Assembly: GCA_009103225.1 (NCBI GenBank)
Contig: RHPI01001168.1
Location: forward strand, 16,222-80,221
Origin: Chlorokybus atmophyticus
Lineage: Eukaryota; Plantae; Mesostigma and Chlorokybus algae
Direction of reading: 5' to 3'
DNA length: 64,000 bases
The translations under genes were made by a program, and so were the position numbers. The notes beneath the pieces were generated by a model, which made no database searches, was not told the origin of the DNA, and worked only from the letters and a program-made list of their open reading frames with translations. Shown in pieces: positions 45,930 to 64,000 of this stretch (position 1 is its first letter; every line of letters starts with the position of its first letter).

Positions 45930-48825
45930 AGAAAAGTAACCGTAGCTCTGTTGGGTTGAACTAGCGTGTATGTAGCCGACAATGTAACTCTAACTCAATG
46001 TAGCCCAAATGATGTGGCAAATATCACAATTAGCTTTGCCGACATGATGGTGCCTTGGTTATACGTAGCTTCATAACCCATCAAAGTGCTACTAATTGAT
46101 ACAAGGTAGTACAATGGTTGCAACGCACACAATTTATCACGCGCCCGTGCACACGCACGGCAACACATGCACGTGTTAGCAGCACAAATTCTTAAAACCC
46201 CTAAGCTCGACGCACACGCACATGCTTACCATCCGTCTTTGATGATCACAAAACGCTTCAACCGCGAGTCTTGTCTCAAGTTTTTGCTGGATATGCATCA
46301 ATCCCATAGATACAAAGAGCTATTGGTCTTACGCTGTACGCATGCCCCTCAACTATACCTGCCCTATTGACGCGCTAATTACGCAGTATGGTTTGAAGTC
46401 TTGGCGGAATGTATGTAACGAAACGTTGTGCACTTGACATTGATGACAAGCTTTAACCATGGCAAGTACATACATGGGAGCGAACAATGCCTACATTTTT
46501 TGGGTTTATAAAAGCGGTTTTGACGTTGTGCATGAAACACCTTTTTGTTGAAGCAGGAGTTCACACACTCACACGCACATATTACGTTGACTGCGTGCGG
46601 CACATAATGCCCCGCACGTTGCTGTTAATGATTCATAAATAATAAGTGTGCCTCACAAAGGCTGCTAGCGGCGATTACTATGGACATAAGACACACCCTT
46701 TTTCCGTTTTTTATTAACGATGTGTCTGGAACATATCATCTCAATTGCAAAGATAACGGCAATTGCTGAATTACTTGCTTGGTAATATCGTAAACATTGT
46801 AAAGCATTGCAACAACATGCCGCCTTTTGGGCTTATAAGAGTAACCTTGAAAGAAGGCAACTAAACCATTTTTGTCACCTCTGCAAATGGGATGATGTGT
46901 TCAGAACATGTCGTCAATGAGAGACTGATCAAGAGTGTGTTCTCCTGTAAATTTTTGTGAGAACACCTTTTGTTGAGCGATCATGCTACACTTTCAGAAA
47001 TCGAGTGGTGCAGATGTTGTGTGAACAATTTGTAAGTGCTCTGCTTATTTGCCTTACCGTACTACCTTGGAACAGATGGCTTGACGGAGCGGCTTAACCA
47101 AACGCTAAAAAATACAGTGTCCATGTATGTAAGTCAACATCACAAACATTGAAAGAATGTGCTATCAATGGTGATGAGAGGTCATGTACGGGAGGCCACC
47201 ACTCCTGCCGGCCGATTTGGATTGATCAGTGGAGTTCAACCAGATATCAGCATCGATGCTGCAGAATGGGGCAAATATGTAGCCACATATTTGCAGCTAG
47301 TTTGCTATGATGTCACCGAAAGTTTGCACTGCCGCGATGCGCGGCGCATAGCAACAATAAAAGCGCAATGTAGATGGGTCGCACCGGGTGGTTGATTAAG
47401 ACTTGCGCGTCCACAGCATAGGTAGTCACCCGAGGTGTGTTCTCTCATTCAAACCTAACAAGAGAACACTCCCTTTATTAGCCTTGAATGGGAGCTCCCA
47501 TTGACACGTGTTCTCCTGTCAATTTTGTGAGAACACACCATTTGTCAGCCTTTCTTGATGACGAGTTCGGAACACATCATCCCAATTGCAAAGATGATGT
47601 CAATCGCCAAGCAATAATTATTATGTAACGATGGTAGCATTGCAACAACAAGTACTTTTTTGGCCTATAAAGTCACCTGCCCAAAATACTAGCTCAGCAA
47701 TGTTTGTCACCTTTGCAATTGGGATGATGTGTTTCGAACACGTTGTTAATGGGAGGGTAGTGAAGGGTTGTGTTCTTCTATCAATGTTTAAACATTTATG
47801 GAAGAACACACCGCTTGTTAGCCTCCAAATTACAATAATTCTCTTTCAATAATAATTTAATATTGACAAAGCAACAATAAGCAGCGGCTATAAGAGGGCC
47901 TCTTGTGTCTATAAGATCGCGTGTAAAGAAAACTGTAGCTTAGCAATTGCCGCCATGTTTGCACCAGTATGTATTCAGCCGACAATTTGAACCTCACCCA
48001 ACGTAGCATAAATAACATGGCAAAAATGATGTTTTCGGTTTGCCATGTTGGCCAACATGATGGTGCCTTTGTTGTAAGCAGCTTCATAACATACAATAGT
48101 GATATGAATTGTTACAAGGTAATATTATTAATGGTTGCAACGCACAATTTGCCACGCGTGCGTGCACATACGGCAACATGTGCACGTATTGATAGCACGT
48201 ACCCAGTTTTAAGACTTACAACCCTTGAAGTCAACGCACACGCACAGGCTTACCATCTGTCTTTAACAATTATAATGCTTTAACCGCTGATCTTGTCTTA
48301 AAGGTTTGTTGGGTATGAATAAATTCCTGTAGATCCAAAACATTATTGTTCTTATGCTGTAGGCAAGCCCCCCAACTATACCTGCCCAATTGTCGCGCTA
48401 ATGACGCAATATGGTTTAAAGTCTTAACCAAATGCCGCCAACAAAACCTTGCCAAGGTAGCGGTGCATCTGATGTTGGTGACAAGCTTGGAGCATATGTA
48501 TGCATGACACTTTCACAGATACACAGAGGCGATCATGCCTAGTTCTTTGGGGATTTCAACTTGAAAGCGGTCTTGACGTGCATCAACCGCATTAAACACC
48601 TTTTTATTCAGGGAGGAGTTCACATACTCACACGCACATATGATATTGAATGCGTGCGGCACATCATGCCCCGCACGTTGCCGTTGATGATTCGTTTATG
48701 ATCCATGTGCCCCACATTTGATACTAACGGCAATTACTGTGGACATGAGAACACACCCGGTGGACCTTTGGTAGCTTCCCATTAACGACGTGTCAGGAAC
48801 ACATCATTCCAATTGCAAAGATGTT
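45930..48825. repeat. Decayed repeat block: about 0.8-0.9 kb diverged direct duplication (about 45930-46750 vs 47925-48825) with internal inverted-repeat modules
   Basis: Shared anchors include CATGATGGTGCCTT, AATGGTTGCAACGCAC, GCTTACCATC and TGCGTGCGGCACAT.ATGCCCCGCACGTTGC, offset by about 2.0 kb. Confidence 0.8.
47051..47165 (+). mobile_element. Ty3/gypsy-type integrase fragment (relic)
   Basis: Translates TDGLTERLNQTLKNTVSMYVSQHHKH*KNVL, which resembles the integrase catalytic-Glu region. The stop falls at the usual Trp position. Confidence 0.7.
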
Positions 48826-49810
48826 TGCATGTAGATGACGACAATCGCTGAGCTACCGTTCTGCTTACACGCCATCTTATAAGCAAAACAGGCTGCTTGT
48901 TGTTGTAATGCTTTCATCACGTGCATATCAAGCAGGGCTCATCTTTCTTTAAGAGTTCAAAATGTTGTAACACGCACTGAAGATCTTCCGCCACCACTTT
49001 TAATCATCGTTCCGGTGCTGAACATCATTCCCGGCTTTGCTCTTGCCGTGCTGCTGCGTCGTCAGGTTTCTCCTTTGTTCACCGCAGTCACTTGCTACAT
49101 TCGGTACTGTGTTCACCACCTGGCAACTTTAGCCCACCATTTGGATGCCACGTCGTGTTGACAGCTTGTGTTTGTAAGGCGATATGCGTTGACATAGGTG
49201 TATGCAATTATGTAATCCAACTTACCTTGCTACCAATATCCTCAAGAGCTTTAATGATTATAGGACCTTAGCGCATGACATAAGCACTGAATGTATGCCT
49301 GCACAGAGGCAAACAAAGGGAAACATGAGCAACCAACTCGCAGACCACAACGAGGGAGATGCATGCATGCATGCATGCATGCATGCATGTGAGTTGTTTG
49401 CGAGCATGCGCGCTGCGCTCTCAGGATATATCTATATCGCAGCCCGGCAATGTTTCTCAAGTCCTCACAATCCTGATTGGTGACAAGTGCGACACGATCT
49501 CAAGGCACAGCATGTTCCACTTGCCACTAAAGACAGTGCCTATGCGTGTGCTGGTACGTTCAAGCTTCAGTTGTCTACGCCAACAGGCATGTCAGCATTT
49601 GGGATTGCAGCTTGCAATGTCTGCGCCAACAGGCATGTCAGCATTTGGGATTGCAGCTGTTCAACATGTGCTGTTGTCCAACTGCATACTTTCGAAGCAT
49701 GTTCAACGGATGGTGTGCAAATGTAGTATGTAGCAATGCCCTTTATGTATGTATCCACTCTAACCCTAAGTGCACCTTCTACATCCCCCTATGTCACCTC
49801 CAACACGCTG

Positions 49811-52800
49811 TCACTGCGGCAACAGCGCTTTTTGCGACGTGAACACGTCGTAGTCGCGCGCAGCAAAGGCAGGCACGAAGTCGGCGTGTCCGGACCGGAC
49901 CATGATGTTGCGCAGCTGCACGTTGAGCGGGCGAAAGAAGTCCTCCAGTGCCTTGCGCGTGGCGGGCAGCATCTCCTCCTGACGCTCGCATCCGAGGTGG
50001 TGCTCCGAGCCGTCGTTGGCGATCACGGGCTCAAAGGTGGACTCGTCGAAGGGTATGTTTACGAACTCAAACATCTGCAGAGAGAGAGGCTTTTGAGTAA
50101 GAAGGGATTGGACGGCATAGCGTGTGTCCAACTCTATAGGCGCATGCACGCACACACACGCGCGCACGCGTGCACACGCGTGCACACGCACGCACATACT
50201 CACAATCACAGGCACAGGGAGAACCAAACGCACACGTGCATACCTTGCGCACGGTGCCTTCAGGGTCGCTTTTTAACTTGTCAAAGTCGATGAACAGGAA
50301 CTGGTCCGGGCTGAAGTGGTTGAACCACTTGTAGAGTTGCATCGCATGCCATGACTGAACGAACTGGTTGGATCGTCGGCAGCGGCGATAAGCCTGTACA
50401 GTGTTCTATGTGAGATGCAGATCAAAGCGAACAAGTTCACAGACGCTGTGTTTCATTGCTGTTCAAAGCGACAAACTGCGTTGATGAAAATACTTGAAAT
50501 GCATTCAAGAAGAACGACTTGCTCATCAGCTGCTGTACTGTGACACACACACGAGGTAATATGTGGTGCAGCAGTGGTTCCTGGTGCTTAACTTCACGAC
50601 ATCATGACACTCTGGGTGTATGCGTGCGCGTGCGTGCGTACGTGTGTGTGCGTCCATGTGCACGCTATGGACGCGCAAACGCATGCACATGTCTGCGCGG
50701 GTGTGCATATGCGTGTGTGCCCTGACCTTGGGGAAGTCCCCATCCATGCCAACGGCACGGAAGCACAGGTCCATGCCATCAATCTCTTTGCGCGCCCACG
50801 CATCGAAGTTGGCATCACACGGGACGTATCCTCGCGCCTTGCCAAACCCATTGAAGTACGACATGATTCGGTCCACGGGGTTGCGCAGCGTGGCAATGAA
50901 CTTCAAACTTCTCATTGCCTCCAACCCATACACCTGTGCTATTTGCGTCGGCGCGCTGTCACGGCAAAGGTAGCTCGGCGTCCCGTCCATTACGTAGTAC
51001 GTCTGCAACACAAGTGTGCGTGGTGTGTCAGCTGCATCAACCTATGTGCTTTGCCATAACCAACTGCGGGCTCAGCGTAGCACACTGTGCAGTCTTGCCA
51101 TACCACGCTGTTATTTCATGTTGAGTACTAGCTACTGCAGTTAACATGACACTATGCTACAGAAAGTGACTATGCATCCGCAAGCATGGTACGCAGGTCC
51201 GATAAGTGCGCTAGAGCGGTACAAAAGTATGCAACGATCAATCAAGCACTTCACACTATTAAATGCCATAGTGTATGTTTGAGTGCAGCACAAGGTATAG
51301 AACCGTGTGTTACACATGCGCTGAGCAAGACCACACATTGTTCGCTGCTTGTCTTATGCTACTGAGCACAGGAACGTGTGTAAGCAAGAGCACCCTGCGA
51401 AAGTGTGGATGTATATCCTACTGCCTTGTGCTGTAGTGGTGGGAGCTACATTGACACCACAGCACTTTGGTACTCTGACATAAACTACATCCAGCCCGCA
51501 TTTACGACCCCAACCGCACCGCCATGCACACGCACGCAATGGCAGCATTTAACAAGTGTGTTGAGATTACCCCATTGTTGGCACTGGCGCACGTGGGAAA
51601 GCGTTTCGCGTACTCGAGCGCGAGCTTCGTCACCGTCCAGCTCGAGTAGTACACCCCAAAGTACTTCTGCTCCTTGGGAAAACTCCACACCCTGTTGCCT
51701 GCCAATTCACTGCATGCACACAAGGAGACTGCTATCACCAAAACAACAATACCATGTCTGGCTGGTCAATGCAACGTTCTTCAGTTGTTGCGTGTAATGT
51801 ACTGCGTGTAATGTGTGTTTACACATGTCTTGTGTGTTGTGATTTCAACTTAAGAAGTCACATAGCTAGGCCCTACCTTACCAGATAGGCCCACAGGGTG
51901 GAGCTTCCGGCCTTGGGTGTGCCGAACAGGAACAAGTTGGGGAGCAGTCTGTCCTGGTAGCACATCGCCGGAGGCAGCTGCTGCACGTGTGTTGTCCTAC
52001 TCCCTGCTCCTCCTTGCTCTACATCGCTAGCAGTTTGGTTCATCAGCACCAATGAGCCTTGCGCAAACTTCATCTGCAAGAAAACCTTGAATAAGCGACG
52101 TGCAGCACGCAACTGCTGCTAGACGCCAGGAGTTTAGTGCCACGTTTTGTGCCCAGATTGTTTTGTATGACGTGCAGCGATGATGTACATTGACACAGTT
52201 GTACTGATGACAACTTGACACTTGCTATATTTATATTTAGCGCTACGTTACATTGCTGGTCCTTGAAAAGTCACTTTGTAAGCGTCATGTCCTGGCCTCT
52301 ACAGTAGCCTGCCTCAAGTGAGCTGTGCTATGTGTGGTTTGCCGATGTGACTGATCAAGTCATCAAGTCAGCAAGCCTGTACCTGACAGAAGTCTACTTT
52401 TCAGTCACTGCCAGTGCAATAATGGAGTCTAAAGTTTTGCCAAGATGGCCTGGTTTCAAAAACTCCGTGCAATGCCAACACAAGCACGAATGACCCTATT
52501 GACGGACGCATTGTGTGCACGGATGATCTACACACTGCACGCTTTGCTTACTTTGCGGTAGAGCTCTTGCTGCTCTTGTGCGTCGTCCGAAGCGCGGACC
52601 ATGCGGGGCAGAACGTTGAAGTCCTGGTCGGCGGTGAGGAGACCCTCCGCCGCCGCCGGCTCGGTTGCTGCCGAGTACGCATTGCACAACGTCGCCACGG
52701 ACGCCAGCGACAACCACCACAGAGACAGCGACAGGCAGCCTGCGACCACACTGCAGAGCCATGTCATATGTGAACCAGAACAAGACAATGCGACAGCCTG

Positions 52801-52899
52801 CATGGCCATGCAAACCAGGCCTGGCATGGCCAACACAGCGCACAACTCATAGCTAGCTGACCAGCTGCGCCGCCAAGATGCTGCGAATGACGCCGTCAT
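49811..52899 (-). CDS. PAPS-dependent sulfotransferase of the heparan-sulfate O/N-sulfotransferase type, with an N-terminal hydrophobic anchor
   Basis: 5'-PSB loop LPNLFLFGTPKAGSSTL, KEQKYF, MDGTPSYL, 3'-PB motif KFIATLRNPVDRIMSYF, and QLYKWFNHFSPDQFLFIDFDKL. Confidence 0.9.
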
Positions 52900-53025
52900 G
52901 GCGGCGGTCAGCCTCCGTCACCACCGCCGCCGCCGCCACTACCGCCACCAATGCCACAAAACTCCAGACGTTGCTGACACGTTTCTAGCACGGGGCCGCA
53001 ACCCGGCCGTCTCTCCGTCCTGGCG

Positions 53026-53100
53026 GGCTTGGCCTGGCCTTGGCTTGGCCTGGCCTCAGCTTCAACTTCACCACTGGCTTGGCCTGAGGTGGCTTGGCTT
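53026..53100. repeat. Pentamer repeat (GGCTT/GGCCT) upstream of the sulfotransferase
   Basis: GGCTTGGCCTGGCCTTGGCTTGGCCTGGCCT... read directly. Confidence 0.7.
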
Positions 53101-54137
53101 TTGTGCCGAAGACAGGAACGGTGCGCACGGGCGTGTCTGCACGCATTTGCCGCAGGTACCTCACCTAAGGCCTACACCCGAATCCGAGGACGTCTCCTGG
53201 AAAAGTCGCGGAGTTTTGGCCTATTAAGCATAGGCTTAGCGGCTTTCACCGTTTTCACGGTTTTCCAGGAAACCGCTTTGGATTTTGTTACAGGGCGTGT
53301 TGTTGCAGGCGTTTGTTTCCTGTGCTCGTCGGAATGCCTTGGAGGACAACGTGGGTGCGGAATTCCAGGTTGCGTCCTGGTCACTGGGAAAACACAATCA
53401 CCTTGCACCGTGCGAGTCGCAATAGAAGACACAGTGGTCCAAGTGTGTCGACATGACTTAAAGGTGGTCATTTTGACATGATTTGAGGACGAACATGACC
53501 ACCTGCAAGTCATGTCACATTACTTGGAAAACGGACGGTGTCAGCACAGGGGTGGTAATCCACATGCGTGGCACAAACACAGTGACGGCAGACGCTTGGT
53601 AGTTTTGCACGTACACAACATCCACTGCAAGTGCTTGCTTACTGCACCCTGTGTAAATGAGAATTACGTCTCATGTGATCCTGTGTTGTCCACCACTGCC
53701 AAACTGTCACAAGGCAGCCACCATAATCAGAGCGGGGCTTGAACACGAATTGCAATGATGCACAAGCCCGCAAGTCCAGCGGTCTTGCGTGCCCTTCATT
53801 TGCTGAAAGCCCCGGAAATGAGAGCTGAAACGCACAGTAGCAGACACAAGTAGCATACACAAGGTCACAAGCGTACACAAGTAGCATACACAGTCTGCCC
53901 GCCGCTATCACGACAAGCGTTCGTACAAAAGTAAAGCAAAATAGATGCAAGTGCAGTGCCAGTGTCATAGCAGGCACACTCGCAGTGACATTTCAGATTT
54001 GGGGGGATAAGAGCGGTGCATATGTAAGCTAGTAGAGCTAGAGGCTGTGCTAGGGTGCATATAGGCTACAAGATTTCAATGCGGTGTTTCACGATGTAAC
54101 AAGTCAACACTATCCCTAAGAGGCTGACACAGCCTCA

Positions 54138-59869
<5,732 letters not shown>

Positions 59870-60786
59870 TGTGGTCGTATCCAATAGCAGCACCAATACC
59901 GGTAATCGTTATAGCAGAAGTAGCCTGACTGGCCTCCACCAACAACCACACGACAGTTGCACCACTACTAGCTGCTTCATGCCCGGCCGGCCCAGTGCCA
60001 GCCTCGGAAGCAGATCAGCCTGGTAGCTTACCCAAACAAATTGCTGAACACGCACCCATACCAATTGCAAGCACCACAGCTGTTGCGCTACCAATAGCTC
60101 TCCCCTTACTCAGCAACTTGCCAGAGAGCCAAGCGATCGAGCAAGCTTCGAATGAGCAAGCTTCGGATCAACTCAACTTTGTACTCTATCACGTGCAATA
60201 CCAATTGCCCGACAGCTTCTGCAGCTTCTCCAGCAACCACCAACCCCACCACCGCCGCCGACGCCTCCACCGCCGACGCTGCAGCGTGGCACAGCTATGC
60301 TACCAGCGTGCACGCTGAGAGCATAGTATAGTGTTTCGGTTACAGCTAAAACTCCAGCCAAGCCGCGGCTGACTTGAAGCAGGCCGTCAGCACTGCCCCA
60401 GCAGCGGACACGCCGTACCGTAGATACCGTATCTTGGAGCGTACCTGGAGGTACCGCATCTCCCCGACGGAGTATCTCTCCAGCAGAATCCGCCGCTTCA
60501 GGCGTATTCGCGTGACTGACAGACTTTTGCTTTGGCATTAGCGTTAGGCAGTAGGCTGGGCTAGAGCGGCGGTGGCGGTGGCCAAGGTATTGGTGTAGGC
60601 GGAGGTTGGGTGAGTTGTCATCGTCGTGGGCTGCTTGGTGGGGACTGGCGGTGGACGTCGTTGCTTGTTTCTCAGCTGACTGGGAGAGTTGGTCGTTTGG
60701 CATGGCCCAGCTGGAGGTGGTTGTTGCTTAGGAAGTTGTTTGCAGCAGTGTTTGGGAGCGGCGAGGTTGAGTCGCGACGGAGACCT

Positions 60787-63636
60787 ATGGCGAGCGAGGC
60801 GGAAGTTACGGTGGGCAGGCATGAGGACAGCCCGCTGCTGGGAAAGCCCGGGGGGTCACGCCGCTTCAAGGTGAAGCCGCTGGTTCGTGTGCATCACGTG
60901 CTTGGTTTCACAGTGCACTGTGCGGGCGGCAAGTTCATCTTGGGCAAGCAGGCTACATGCCTACAAGATTGTAAGCAATTATTGATCTGAAACAGCTGTG
61001 GGCGGGTGATTGTTCAGTTGAAAATGCACTCAAACCAAGGAGTATAATGCAACTGATAGCTGAAGCGCGTGCTTGTGAATCGTGTCACGCCCTACATGAG
61101 CACCAAGAGTTAGCGGATTAAGTACTTGTCAATACGATGTTGATGTAGACACATGCAAAGGCTAGACGGGTGTGTTGTTGTACTGAGGTGGTTGCGCCGC
61201 AGGAATCCTATAGAAAGGTGTTGTTGGCAACTCTCATCGTTGCTCTGGGGCCGCTCAGTTTCGGCTACACGGTAATCGCTTGTTGCTGTTGCACTCGTTG
61301 AAAGGGCACTTGCTTCCATGCATAAGTATCTGAGTTACGCATGTGCGCTGGGTCACTGCCCTTTTGCACAGGTGGGGTATACTTCTCCGGCACTGCAAGA
61401 GTTGCGCTCTACATTAAACCTCAAGTTGAGGGAGGTGAGAGTACTTACACATCTGCACAGTGGTCTTTGGAACTTGTCAAACGTGTTGTGAGGATCATCA
61501 GCTGCCGTGCAGGCTTCGCTGTTTGGGGCGCTTGTAAATATTGGTGCAGTCATAGGCGCATCCATCGGCGGGCATATTGCAGATGGGCTTGGCAGAAAGG
61601 CGGTAGGTTGCAAGCAGTGACTTATCCTAACTGTTTCTGCGCTACATGCACATGCTGCTGACAGACTGTTTTCGTGCATGCAGGCACTTACTGCTGCTGG
61701 TATGCCTTTTGTTGTTGGGTGGTTGATGATATCCCTTGCAGCGCACAAAGGGTTGTTGTTCATAGGTCGTCTGCTGACAGGTGAGTGATTATTGTTCGAC
61801 AGCTGACCAGGCACACAGCTCTGAGAGCTATCCATAGGAGTATGAAATGCTGAGTCGGCTACATGTTGTGTTTGGCAGGCTTTGGAGTGGGTGTGGTATC
61901 TCTCACTGTTCCGGTGTACATAGCTGAAACTGCACCCACTAAGCTGCGAGGGACCTTGGGAGCCATGAACCAGGTGTGCCTGACCTTGGTTACTCAAGGC
62001 AATGTTGCTGTCTTGCTTGGTTGGATGGCGCACACATGTCTCATGCGGATGCTTATTTATCACACTTACGCCTCTTGCACTGGTGTTGCAGCTCGCAATA
62101 ACCACAGGCATCGCTGTTGTATACTCCATTGGAATAGTTACGCATTGGCGGCAGCTGGCGATCTTAGGTAGTTTGAACATGTGAGCTGCCATGTTGTCTA
62201 GCAGGCATGCAACAAGTTACCATGCAGTAACTCAACAGTGCACATAGATTGCATGTACTGGTGCCTTGTGATGGTTGCAACATCAACATGTGCTAAGTCC
62301 AGTGATTGCAGGAGCTGTTCCCGCAGCATGCCTACTGCTAGGTATGCTGATAATCCCTGAAACGCCTCGATGGTTGGTGAGTAACCATATTAACAGTACA
62401 TCTCACATTGGCAGTCATTGTAACGTTGCTCGATGCTTACTGCTCTTTGGCAGGCCACTCATGGCGATCCAGACAAGGCACTCAGTTCGTTGACATGGCT
62501 GCGAGGCCATTCCGCTGACATCACAACTGAACTGCATGACATCCAGGTAAGCATAAGGGCAGTGCATGCTCTCCTATGCGGTAGTTGCGCAGGACCACTT
62601 GTATCAGTTTCTCGATTCATCCAGAATGGAGGGCCTCCAACACAAGCGCGAGCCTCTTTCAGGGAGCTTGTCTCTCCTAGCATCCGGAAGCCCATGCTGG
62701 TATGAGGCGCACTGTGTGACCACTATGCATGACCTCAAACTCTTCCCGTGCATTGAAGTTGTGAAGTGAATGCTCACCGTGGTGCACTTTAATTGAACAT
62801 GCTTGCGGACTTGACCCTTGCTATGTGCAGGTCTCTCTCGGGCTGATGGCAGCACAGCAGTTGAGCGGTGTCAACGCTGTGATCTTTTACAGCGGAGACA
62901 TCTTTATTGCTGCTGGCATCAAGTCTGCACATGAAGCCGCGATGGTCGTGGCAGCCTTGCAGGTGACCCCCTTTTCCCCTTACAGTCGTGTCATTATGTG
63001 CACGCAGAACAAATGTTCAATGCATGGCTCCTGCTACAGGTGGTCATGACAGCAGTGTCCTGTTGGCTTATGGACCGAGCCGGGCGGCGCGTGCTCCTGC
63101 TAGTCTCCACAGTCGGGATGTGCCTCGCGTGCTTCTTCTTGGGACTCTTCTTCTACTCCAATGCAAGTGTATGCTAGTGACTGAGCGTTTGGGTCGTTCT
63201 TCCACACGCTTGACTGATGGGTTCTGAGAGCCAGGACGCCCAAAACTTGGTAAGGCCTGCTGTTGAACACGTTACCACCTTGCAGGCCACGGGGAGTTTT
63301 GAGTGGTTCCACGGGGACACGACGGCGCTTGCAAGTGTTGTACTTTACGTGTCAGCATTTTCCCTCGGGTTGGGAGCGATCCCTTGGCTAATGATGGGTG
63401 AAATCTTCCCCGCGCACGTGAGGGGTCTGGCCGCAAGTGTGGCGACCCTGTGCAACTGGACGCTCGCGTTCATTGTCACGCAGACCTTCCAGCAACTGCT
63501 CAACTGGAGCTCTGCTGGCGCGTTCTGGATTTTTGGCTTCATATGCGCAGTATCCACTGTGTTCATCGTCGTGTGTGTCCCTGAAACGAAGGGAAGGTCT
63601 CTTGAGCAAATCGAAGAGTACTTTAAGACTAGCTGA
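60787..63636 (+). CDS. MFS sugar porter (ERD6-like / Tret1-like)
   Basis: [89 protein letters not shown] and [13 protein letters not shown]. Confidence 0.95.
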
Positions 63637-64000
63637 AGGCTTGTAGCCGCGCTCTGGCCTACAACGGTGACGCAGATGTTTAGAAAGACTGCCCAGCGTT
63701 CACACTGCCTGCTTTAGACTTGCAATAAGCGCAGGTTGATTGCAGGCAAAACGCTGGTTGTGGCTTTGGCTGGATGCATGCAGCTATCTGACGAGCGTCA
63801 CACTGCAAGGTTAACACTCCCTGTTTTGATCAAGTGCATGTGTCAAGACACATGAGGCTTGTGCACAATTTGCACTCGATACCTTATTTTCTGGTGTTTT
63901 TGTGCTAGCTTACTGCGGTCATTACGCAGTCAGGGTGGGTCCACTGGAAGAACTCTGCACCATGCTGGTGTATGCAGCTTGAGCACAGTTAAAGTACAGA

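Noticed and set aside
49578-49658. Two copies of a 35-bp sequence at a 46-bp period
   Set aside because: Simple tandem duplication in a 3' or intergenic region.

Overview
Intron-rich eukaryotic DNA with seven N-gaps, most flanked by G/C runs. The gene content and a plant-type initiator-tRNA primer site suggest a green alga (Viridiplantae); this is inference. The first ~15.5 kb is mobile or decayed DNA. It holds a disrupted minus-strand OTU-protease plus RING-like gene, an orphan spliced gene, and a complete young Ty1/copia LTR retrotransposon (7261-12165, CGAGT target-site duplication, half-tRNA primer site). It also holds a decayed pogo/Tigger transposase with one surviving terminal repeat. 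From 17.6 kb to the end lie spliced host genes: a conserved bacterial/fungal-type hypothetical protein, an mTERF-like protein, an ACC-synthase-like aminotransferase, an unknown beta-strand-rich protein, a C1orf52-like protein, a RUS/DUF647 protein, an alpha-kinase, a PAPS sulfotransferase and an MFS sugar porter. A decayed repeat block lies at 45.9-48.9 kb. The most notable item is a 19-exon gene (59869 to 54138, minus strand). It fuses a Dug3-like class II glutamine amidotransferase to a Dug2-like WD40 + M20 (probably pseudo-)peptidase, so the two subunits of the yeast DUG glutathione-degradation complex appear in one polypeptide. All gene models were assembled by hand and no database searches were run. 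No rRNA, tRNA or CRISPR features were seen.
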